From the IMG/VR virus record IMGVR_UViG_3300020187_000013: DNA of 64,000 nucleotides. One strand, written 5' to 3'. Positions 25,801 through 64,000 of the stretch are shown here, piece after piece. Under the pieces are notes generated by a model, which saw only the letters and a program-made list of their open reading frames with translations, made no database searches and was not told the origin of the DNA. Position 1 is the first letter of the stretch. The number at the start of each line of letters is the position of its first letter. Source of the DNA: an uncultured virus (IMG/VR IMGVR_UViG_3300020187_000013). Lineage: Duplodnaviria; Heunggongvirae; Uroviricota; Caudoviricetes. The translations under genes were made by a program, and so were the position numbers.

Positions 25801-26174
25801 GTAATAATCTTTATATTAATGTTAATGGTAGGTTTATGATTATTTTTAGATTATTTATTAATTTTGATCCAAATAAAAAAAAAATATTAATGTGTTTCAA
25901 TGATGAAATTATTTTTTATGAAAAGAATATTATTAAATTAATTATTTATTTTAAAAAAATTAGTAATCAAATAGAAATTATATATGAACAAAATATTATT
26001 ATAGGAGGTTTACAAGAAGAGTTTATAATAAATATTCCTTTTTTATTAAATATTAAAGAAGCTACTAAATTTTATATTACTATCGAAAAAATTAAAGAAA
26101 CTAATTCAAATATATTAATTAATTATAATACTACTTTAGAAATATACCGTATAGGGGATTTCTATTCATATTAA
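22806..26174 (+). CDS. Lys/Glu-rich collagen-like protein (1122 aa) with a central fibre motif
   Basis: Long GDK/GEK/GIQ tracts; central LLPDTPNVYSIGTKEMPFKDLYVSVNTLFMG motif plus a GDSYILYGYLW...WENVGKIQG module. Confidence 0.9.
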   Translation: MNNNNVQYVEPARGPAGRDGKDGRDGRLGPMGSMGPIGNPGKDGFPGPQGNKGEPGIQGSTGSMGNIGPTGPQGNKGINGDTGPQGNKGESIKSAEIIDNRIIITFSDDTVYTVNGDDIKGDKGDEGAQGIIGPIGHTGKEGIQGNRGGNGNSIFLFSRFSTTPDINEFGLIGKTYYELSEIVFNNNTIHKGWIDMIKEKDSFIIKNPNNIEDYAVYNVIFNIKNNSSLSLEFVTNGINIDLFDKYQYELSFTSRGVDGDRGDKGEKGFKGADGFYVNRDVTLDDFLSIKGDKGKSGKDGDKGERGTRGLLGDKGEAGPSGIQGEKGPEGEQGLQGVQGIQGEKGDRGLQGPIGIGDKGETGDKGQKGNIGDIGPDGKKGEQGISIKGQKGEIGFIGLTGQKGVQGIQGIDGEKGNKGQKGDDGKKGEAGPIGIQGTGGIGGVKGEPGIQGEIGIGIQGIQGAKGKKGEKGIEGDRGLIGDEGPEGTQGVVGPLGPIGDQGNKGEQGEIGYIGPKGNDGNRGTQGIKGEKGPAFDHIIRQNLLPDTPNVYSIGTKEMPFKDLYVSVNTLFMGDATISAGKDTETGESRIELPGSSTIGGVQPGTIVIKGRFSSLYYLPRSTDYDTPEYDYVLSEPTPVQSAPKIGDSYILYGYLWTAIKNNPRPLPTYFQPDQLYHNVAHDEGWENVGKIQGAQGQKGEKGLIGFQGPQGIEGEKGLQGQKGEIGDKGNKGSIGDKGSRGIDGIQGIRGFTGPRGIKGIIGDKGIEGSQGIIGDKGDQGSIGNIGPQGPEGIQGIKGSIGNTGPIGIKGEIGPQGIKGEIGIGIIGSTGPKGIIGFTGTKGEKGEIGESIKGIQGIMGPQGIKGQKGSEGDKGDVGSKGDLGYGDKGIKGDNGPKGEIGPKGPIGIKGNIGIPGQKGEIGPRGEFVIGPKGPKGDFGPLGPKGLRGPKGEGAELGGLFFIGKIPDNLDNTLITTDIYYFYWNIDDQAGKIVIQNKDEIGNNLYINVNGRFMIIFRLFINFDPNKKKILMCFNDEIIFYEKNIIKLIIYFKKISNQIEIIYEQNIIIGGLQEEFIINIPFLLNIKEATKFYITIEKIKETNSNILINYNTTLEIYRIGDFYSY

Positions 26175-26249
26175 TTTTCTTTTTTTTAAAAAAACATTAT
26201 TTTAAAAAAAATAAAAATAATAGTTTCTAAAGATATATCATTATATAAT

Positions 26250-29200
26250 ATGACTGTTGGAACAAAACAACCTTTAACCGCTATAGCTGATGACAAGCTT
26301 AACGACGGCTCCGGAGATGATATTGGTAACAATTTTGGTGATGCTATTTTTGCCAATCTTGGTGTTGGGGCTGATATTGCCGCCAGGGGTGTTAATACCA
26401 CGGGTGGTGGAAATCCTGATACATCAAAATATTCTAACTACCATCAATATCATTTAGCTAATTCAACTGCTGCCAATCCAGCAGTAGGACATGGTACTGC
26501 CGTAATGACTTTTTGGAGAAGTAATTCAACTACTGGAGGTGCAGTTGAAGGAGAAGCAAATATAGAATTTAATGCAAATACTGTTACAAAAGGAAGTATT
26601 ACATTTGAAGGAGACTTGATAGTAGGAACTGGTACTGGTGGAAAATTTAAAGTTGCCGGTGGTGGTTCAGGTGATACTACAATAACTGGAAAACTTGATG
26701 TATTAGGTAATCCTACTGGTTTCGATAATACTCCTGTTGATAGCAATAGAATTAGCGGCCGTCAAACTGATATTACTGGAAATCATCATATAAAGTTACA
26801 AAGTGTTGGAACGGCACAGACGACTGGAGGGCCTCTGTCCGGTGGAAATATAGAATTAACTGGTGCTTCTGTAGTAACTATTACAGGTGCTGATATAGAT
26901 ATGACCGGTACAAACTTTGATGTTGCTGCTGGTGATGCTCTTAAATTAACTGGAGATAGTACTATTATTATTACTGGTGCTGATATCGATATGACTGGAA
27001 CAACCTTTGATGTTGCTGCTGGTACTTCTGTTAAATTAACTGGAGATAGTACTGTTATTATTACTGGTGCTGATATCGATATGACTGGAACAACCTTTGA
27101 TGTTGCCGCTGGTGATGCTCTTAAATTAACTGGAGATAGTACTGTTATCATTACTGGTGCTGATATCGATATGACTGGTACAACCTTTGACGTTGCTGCT
27201 GGTGATGCTCTTAAATTAACTGGAGATAGTACTGTTATTATTACTGGTGCTGATATCGATATGACTGGTACAACCTTTGATGTTGCCGCTGGTGATGCTC
27301 TTAAATTAACTGGAGATAGTACTGTTATTATTACTGGTGCTGATATCGATATGACTGGTACAACCTTTGATGTTGCCGCCGGTACTTCTGTTAAATTAAC
27401 TGGAGATAGTACTGTTGTCATTACTGGTGCTGATATCGATATGACTGGTACAACCTTTGATGTTGCCGCTGGTACTTCTGTTAAATTAACTGGAGATAGT
27501 ACTGTTATCATTACTGGTGCTGATATCGATATGACTGGTACAACCTTTGACGTTGCTGCTGGCACTTCTGTTAAATTAACTGGAGATAGTACTGTTGTCA
27601 TTACTGGTGCGGATATCGATATGACTGGTACAACCTTTGATGTTGCTGCTGGTGATGCTCTTAAATTAACTGGAGATAGTACTGTTATCATTACTGGTGC
27701 TGATATCGATATGACTGGTACAACCTTTGATGTTGCCGCTGGTACTTCTGTTAAATTAACTGGAGATAGTACTGTTATCATTACTGGTGCTGATATCGAT
27801 ATGACTGGTACAACCTTTGACGTTGCTGCTGGCACTTCTATTAAATTAACTGGAACTAGTATTGTTGCCATTACTGGTGCGGATATCGATATGACTGGAG
27901 TGAATTTTGATATTACTGCTACAACTGGTGTGTTTGATTGCAGTGGTAAATTAAACTTAACAGGTGACACCCAAATTAACTTCCACAGTGCCGATGTACA
28001 AATTTCTGGAAGTACAAATGTAAAGGGGAACTTAACAACTACTGGATATTTAGTTGTTGGAAGTCAAGGTACACAAGCTAGTGGAGGTCAGCCTAATACT
28101 AATCACACTATGGGAGATGGATCTGCTGATTTTGCGGGTGATATAGTAGCAAGACAAGATGTTTGTATTATAGGAGATTTAGATGTTGCAGAAAATGTAG
28201 TTTTTGATAAATCATTATTAGTAGGCGCAGTTGGTAATTCAACTAATACATGGTTTGGAAATGGTGGGTGGGGGTCTGCCCCAGATGGGTCTGTTTGTGC
28301 TGGGCCTATTTTAGGTACAAAAGTATTATCGAAAGGTGATGTAGGAATATCAGGTGACCTGAATATTACTGGTACTACCAATAAATTACTTTTTCGTAAC
28401 GATAACAGAAATACTTTTCTTATTGATACTAATTCCGGTAATTTAACCTGTTCCGGTACAACAATGACCCATAGAGGAAAACTTATTGTGTCTGGTTGGG
28501 ATGGAAGCAATAATGCACAGGCGGCTGCAGAAATATATGGAGATTTTACACTCAGAGCAACGAACGGGATTAACGATGATGGTTCTAATGTTGATATTTC
28601 TGGAACTGATATTGATATGACTGGTGCGGATATAGATATAACTGGAACTGACTACATTAAATTAACTGGAAATAGTACTGTTATTATTACTGGTGCTGAT
28701 ATCGATATGACTGGTACAACCTTTGATGTTACTGCTGGTGATGCTCTTAAATTAACTGGAGATAGTACTGTTATTATTACTGGTGCTGATATCGATATGA
28801 CTGGTACAACCTTTGATGTTGCCGCTGGTACTTCTGTTAAATTAACTGGAGATAGTACTGTTATTATTACTGGTGCTGATATCGATATGACTGGTACAAC
28901 CTTTGACGTTGCTGCTGGTGATGCTCTTAAATTAACTGGAGATAGTACTGTTATTATTACTGGTGCTGATATCGATATGACTGGAACAACCTTTGATGTT
29001 GCCGCTGGTACTTCTGTTAAATTAACTGGAGATAGTACTGTTGTTATTACTGGTGCTGATATCGATATGACTGGAACAACCTTTGATGTTGCCGCCGGTG
29101 ATGCTCTTAAATTAACTGGAGATAATACTGTTATCATTACTGGTGCTGATATCGATATGACTGGTACAACCTTTGATGTTGCCGCCGGTACTTCTGTTAA

Positions 29201-30851
29201 ATTAACTGGAGATAGTACTGTTATCATTACTGGTGCTGATATCGATATGACTGGTACAACCTTTGATGTTGCCGCCGGTACTTCTGTTAAATTAACTGGA
29301 GATAGTACTGTTGTCATTACTGGTGCTGATATCGATATGACTGGTACAACCTTTGATGTTGCTGCTGGTGATGCTCTTAAATTAACTGGAGATAGTACTG
29401 TTATCATTACTGGTGCGGATATCGATATGACTGGTACAACCTTTGATGTTGCCGCCGGTACTTCTGTTAAATTAACTGGAGATAGTACTGTTATTATTAC
29501 TGGTGCTGATATCGATATGACTGGTACAACATTTGATGTTGCTGCTGGTGATGCTCTTAAATTAACTGGAGATAGTACTGTTATCATTACTGGTGCTGAT
29601 ATCGATATGACTGGGGTAAGCTTTGATGTTACTGCCGTTACAGGTTCTTTTACAATTCCCTATACTAATATAAGTTCTATAGGTGTGAATGGCGACGAGG
29701 GTATTAATATTACTGGTAATACAGATATAACAGGAACTTTAGGGGTAAGGAGTCACTTAACAGTAGGTAATAATGGTGGTGGTGGTAAATTAATATCCAA
29801 TAATAATGTAGAGGCAAATGCTAACGTTGATATTTCTGGAAATTTAGAAATATTTACGGGGGCGGCTTTTGGTGTTACTCAAGAAACAGCATTAACAGTT
29901 GGAAAATTTACCGAATTTTCAACTGATTCAACTCTTAGAAAACATGCATTTATGGATTCTCTTTTATATGGTAAATTAACCGTTCACGATAATACTATTA
30001 TTACTGGCGATTTTCATAACCATTGGACAAGTGGTGATGCAACAAGTAATTTTACAGTAGGCCCTAGTGGTTCTCCATATTTTACAATAGCTAATGGAGG
30101 AGATGTTGAAGTAAAAGAAAATGCTACTTTCAAAAAAAATGTAGTAGTAACAGAGTCATTGACAGTTTTAGGAACACAAACTATCATTGATACTAGTCAT
30201 TTAGCTGTAACTGATCGAGAAATTGTTTTAGGAACATACTATAATGATGCACAACCCGGTGCGGCGGCAGATCGTAACGTAACATTGACCAGTTTAGTTG
30301 ACAGTGGCAATACTTTGACGCCTGTAGATTATTCTCTATGTTTTGGAATGCATACAGACATCACAAGTGGTGGAACATACACACAAACTTCATTAGGAGG
30401 ATGTATAAAATATACAACCGATGAAGGATGGAATTTCTATCAACCCGCAGGTTATGTAAATGGTGGTGGTGATTTTATAGGCGGAGAAGGTCAGTACGAC
30501 GAATCTGGCGACCCCGTATCAACTACCGGAACTAATTTAATTAATAAATCAAATACTATAACAATGAGTGGTCCTTTAGTTTGTAAAGCTGGTAATAATG
30601 CTGATCGCACCGACGATAAATCTGATGTACGTCGAGCTCAATTAACATGTGATGATCAAATTACATTAGTAGGTAAAAGAGATAATGATGGAGATATTAC
30701 ACATGGTGTAGAATTAGTTTATAGAAGAGCTTTAGCTATAGATGATTATGATGAAACAAATACACAAATGGTAGCTGCTAGACCAGCACATGTTATATTG
30801 AGAGATTCTATTACCCACACAAAAATATTTGCCACATTTTATGAAACATAA
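26250..30851 (+). CDS. Fibre/spike-like protein with two blocks of 30-aa beta-repeat units
   Basis: Repeats TGADIDMTGTTFDVAAG(DAL/TSV)KLTGDSTVII. C-terminal LTVLGTQTIIDTSHLAVTDREIVLG matches the common viral fibre motif LTVxGTxTxxxxxxLxVxDxxIxL. Confidence 0.85.
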   Translation: MTVGTKQPLTAIADDKLNDGSGDDIGNNFGDAIFANLGVGADIAARGVNTTGGGNPDTSKYSNYHQYHLANSTAANPAVGHGTAVMTFWRSNSTTGGAVEGEANIEFNANTVTKGSITFEGDLIVGTGTGGKFKVAGGGSGDTTITGKLDVLGNPTGFDNTPVDSNRISGRQTDITGNHHIKLQSVGTAQTTGGPLSGGNIELTGASVVTITGADIDMTGTNFDVAAGDALKLTGDSTIIITGADIDMTGTTFDVAAGTSVKLTGDSTVIITGADIDMTGTTFDVAAGDALKLTGDSTVIITGADIDMTGTTFDVAAGDALKLTGDSTVIITGADIDMTGTTFDVAAGDALKLTGDSTVIITGADIDMTGTTFDVAAGTSVKLTGDSTVVITGADIDMTGTTFDVAAGTSVKLTGDSTVIITGADIDMTGTTFDVAAGTSVKLTGDSTVVITGADIDMTGTTFDVAAGDALKLTGDSTVIITGADIDMTGTTFDVAAGTSVKLTGDSTVIITGADIDMTGTTFDVAAGTSIKLTGTSIVAITGADIDMTGVNFDITATTGVFDCSGKLNLTGDTQINFHSADVQISGSTNVKGNLTTTGYLVVGSQGTQASGGQPNTNHTMGDGSADFAGDIVARQDVCIIGDLDVAENVVFDKSLLVGAVGNSTNTWFGNGGWGSAPDGSVCAGPILGTKVLSKGDVGISGDLNITGTTNKLLFRNDNRNTFLIDTNSGNLTCSGTTMTHRGKLIVSGWDGSNNAQAAAEIYGDFTLRATNGINDDGSNVDISGTDIDMTGADIDITGTDYIKLTGNSTVIITGADIDMTGTTFDVTAGDALKLTGDSTVIITGADIDMTGTTFDVAAGTSVKLTGDSTVIITGADIDMTGTTFDVAAGDALKLTGDSTVIITGADIDMTGTTFDVAAGTSVKLTGDSTVVITGADIDMTGTTFDVAAGDALKLTGDNTVIITGADIDMTGTTFDVAAGTSVKLTGDSTVIITGADIDMTGTTFDVAAGTSVKLTGDSTVVITGADIDMTGTTFDVAAGDALKLTGDSTVIITGADIDMTGTTFDVAAGTSVKLTGDSTVIITGADIDMTGTTFDVAAGDALKLTGDSTVIITGADIDMTGVSFDVTAVTGSFTIPYTNISSIGVNGDEGINITGNTDITGTLGVRSHLTVGNNGGGGKLISNNNVEANANVDISGNLEIFTGAAFGVTQETALTVGKFTEFSTDSTLRKHAFMDSLLYGKLTVHDNTIITGDFHNHWTSGDATSNFTVGPSGSPYFTIANGGDVEVKENATFKKNVVVTESLTVLGTQTIIDTSHLAVTDREIVLGTYYNDAQPGAAADRNVTLTSLVDSGNTLTPVDYSLCFGMHTDITSGGTYTQTSLGGCIKYTTDEGWNFYQPAGYVNGGGDFIGGEGQYDESGDPVSTTGTNLINKSNTITMSGPLVCKAGNNADRTDDKSDVRRAQLTCDDQITLVGKRDNDGDITHGVELVYRRALAIDDYDETNTQMVAARPAHVILRDSITHTKIFATFYET
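26880..27900 (+). repeat. 90-bp coding tandem array, block 1 (~11 units)
   Basis: ttaaattaactggagatagt recurs every 90 bp (26941, 27031, ...). Confidence 0.95.
28620..29630 (+). repeat. 90-bp coding tandem array, block 2 (~10-11 units)
   Basis: Same unit as block 1. Confidence 0.95.
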
Positions 30852-30889
30852 TTATAAGATAATTTTTAATATCATTTTCTTATAATTAT
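30848..30889. terminator. 12-bp hairpin shared by two convergent genes
   Basis: ataattataaga (30848-30859) / tcttataattat (30878-30889); each arm contains one of the two stop codons. Confidence 0.65.
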
Positions 30890-31182
30890 TTAGCTAGCAT
30901 TGTATCTACCTTATTTGATATTTCTTCTATTTTTATTTCAAGATCATTTAATTTTTTATTCTGTTTTTCTATAGCATCGTTAAGTTTTAAATCTATTTTT
31001 TCCATATATTCAAGAGATTTATCCCTTACTAATATAACGTCAGTTTGATACATTTTTTTTAATATAGTTATGGAATTATAAAATTGAAATATTTGTTCAC
31101 CTTTCAGTATTTGCTTATGAGTTTCAATAAATCCAAATAAATTATTAATTATATTGTCAATTTCTTCTATATTTAATTTCAT
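30886..31182 (-). CDS. Hypothetical 98-aa protein, C-terminal coiled coil
   Basis: ATG-initiated ORF filling the intergenic gap; heptad-like LNDAIEKQNKKLNDLEIKIEEISNKVD. Confidence 0.7.
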   Translation of the reverse strand: MKLNIEEIDNIINNLFGFIETHKQILKGEQIFQFYNSITILKKMYQTDVILVRDKSLEYMEKIDLKLNDAIEKQNKKLNDLEIKIEEISNKVDTMLAK

Positions 31183-31309
31183 TATATGTTAGTACAATAT
31201 TATAATTATAGATAATTAACAAATATATTTTTGATGTAAAAATATATTTATTTTTATTTAATAAAAAAAAAAAAATTTTATAAATGATTATTATATATAT
31301 ATATTAATA

Positions 31310-50374
<19,065 letters not shown>

Positions 50375-50416
50375 ATATAAAGTAAATTATGATTATAATA
50401 TTACGTAATAAACTTC

Positions 50417-50446
50417 CTAAATTTATAATAAAATATATAAATTTAG
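50417..50446. terminator. 11-bp hairpin downstream of the giant ORF
   Basis: ctaaatttata (50417-50427) / tataaatttag (50436-50446), with imperfect extension. Confidence 0.55.
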
Positions 50447-50668
50447 AAATTTATGGAGTCAAAAAAGTATGTAAGACTGGATTCAGGAGGTTCAAAAAAC
50501 TCAAAAAAAGTTCACCTTCATTTTCGTTTTCGTTTTCAAATTTTCCAAAATAAAATTTCTCTCTCTGGGGTATCAAATTACTTAAATGTTTATTAAATAC
50601 TTAAGTATAAGTAAAATTTTAAGTAATTAAGTAAATATTTAAAAATAATATGTAAATATAGTATATAA

Positions 50669-51728
50669 ATGTTTTATAAGTGTAAAAGATGTGGCTTTAT
50701 ATGTGATCAAAAAAATGGTTTAAGAAGACATTTAAATAGGAAGAACCTATGTGAACCTTATTTAGAAGACATTGACATAGAGACCTTGAAACTGGAGTTG
50801 GGTACAAAAGTTTTAAATTGTAAACCTTATGTAAACTATAATGTAAACACATTGTCAACTAAAAATAAAGATTTTACAATAAAAAATAATACAAATTTAA
50901 ATACTAAAGGGAAATATATATGTAAATATTGTAAATTAGAATTTAGTACAAGGCAATCTAAATCTAGACATGAAATAAAATACTGTAATAATAAAAAAGA
51001 AAAAGATAATAAAGTTGCTTTATTAGAAGAAAGATTAGCTCAAAAAGACGAAGAAATGAAATTAGAAATGGCCCAAAAAGATATACTAATGAAAGAACAA
51101 ATGGATTTTATGAAAAAACAGATAGAAATACTAATGAAAAAGGCAGGAAATAATACAACTAATACAGATAACAGTATAGATAATAGTATTATAGATAATA
51201 GTATTACAGATAATATTATTAATATAGATAATAAACAAATAAATATTAATATAAATGGTTTTGGAAAGGAAGATTTAAGTTATCTAACAGATAGATATTT
51301 TAGAGATTTATTCAATATCCCATTTTCAGCAATAAAGAGATTTATTCAATATCCCATTTTCAGCAATAACAACATTAGTAGAAGATATTCATTTTAATCC
51401 TAAAAAGCCACAGAATTGGAATGCTAAAATACCTGATGACAAGACATCTAAAGCCTTGATATATAATGCTGAAAAAAAAATGTGGGTTAAAAGAGAAAAA
51501 AAAGAGGTTATAAATGATATGGTTGAAAAAAGTTATAATATGTTAGATACGAATTTTGAAATACAAAAAGAAGCTAAAACTTTGGATGAAAAAGGAAAAA
51601 GAAAATTTGAAAATTTTATGAAAATTTATGATAAAGGTGATAAACAACTAGATAAACGTTATGAGACAGAAATTAGAGAAAAACTTATAAATTTTAAAGA
51701 ATATCATAATGAAAAATTGAATATATAA
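50669..51728 (+). pseudogene. Giant-virus C2H2 Zn-finger protein (~341 aa when restored), split by a 34-bp tandem duplication
   Basis: CKRCG...RRHLNRKNLC and CKYC...RHEIKYC fingers, a coiled coil, and Asn-rich INGFGKEDLSY. Removing one copy of the 51302-51369 duplication joins track ORFs 50669-51397 and 51456-51728 through AITTLVEDIHFNPKKPQNWN. Confidence 0.85.
51302..51369 (+). repeat. Perfect 34-bp direct tandem duplication
   Basis: agagatttattcaatatcccattttcagcaataa at 51302-51335 and 51336-51369. Confidence 0.97.
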
Positions 51729-51781
51729 ATATAATTTATTTTAAAAAATTAATATTAATAAATTATCATTATATTATATTA

Positions 51782-64000
<12,219 letters not shown>

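Larger units (their letters stand above)
50450..51728 (+). mobile_element. MIGE-like interspersed element (noncoding leader plus C2H2 Zn-finger ORF)
   Basis: A ~220-bp noncoding leader with distinct composition (ttttcg repeats, ctctctct) precedes a Zn-finger ORF of the multicopy giant-virus family. The layout resembles the major interspersed genomic element described in Phaeocystis globosa virus. Assignment by recollection only. Confidence 0.45.

Noticed and set aside
26450..29587. Minus-strand ORFs of 394, 311, 135 and 98 aa
   Set aside because: Antisense shadows of the 1533-aa gene.
50455..50510. ggttcaaa resembling a tRNA T-loop or B-box
   Set aside because: No cloverleaf, acceptor stem or anticodon arm could be built.
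51713..51720. AAAATTGA Mimivirus early-promoter octamer ~60 bp upstream of 51782
   Set aside because: Lies within the Zn-finger coding end and precedes a presumably late structural gene; likely chance.

Overview
AT-rich window that looks like a giant eukaryotic dsDNA virus (Nucleocytoviricota, probably Imitervirales). This is inferred from the absence of Shine-Dalgarno motifs, TATA-rich sequence just before ATGs, 3' hairpins and a MIGE-like Zn-finger gene; no core marker gene is present. Almost all of the window is a co-oriented cluster of putative virion fibre/fibril genes. (1) A phage-tail-fibre-like gene, open from before base 1, continues after a 13-nt deletion at ~3948 into a pectin-lyase-like beta-helix ending at 7319. 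(2) Eight medium-sized collagen-containing genes lie at 8262-26174. (3) A 1533-aa protein is built from 90-bp repeats. (4) Two giant paralogous Gly-X-Thr collagens follow: 6354 aa (31310-50374) and >4073 aa (51782 to the window end, absent from the ORF track). The two giants have the same stalk module order, including five cupredoxin-like knobs each; one knob has a complete His...C-x2-H-x4-M type-1 copper motif. Both have Trp-periodic (GWT-G[AS]T)n collagen. Their heads diverge by insertion, sometimes nested, of lectin-like domains into shared scaffold domains. A frameshifted MIGE-like C2H2 Zn-finger element sits between them. All domain names come from motif recognition by eye, not database searches.
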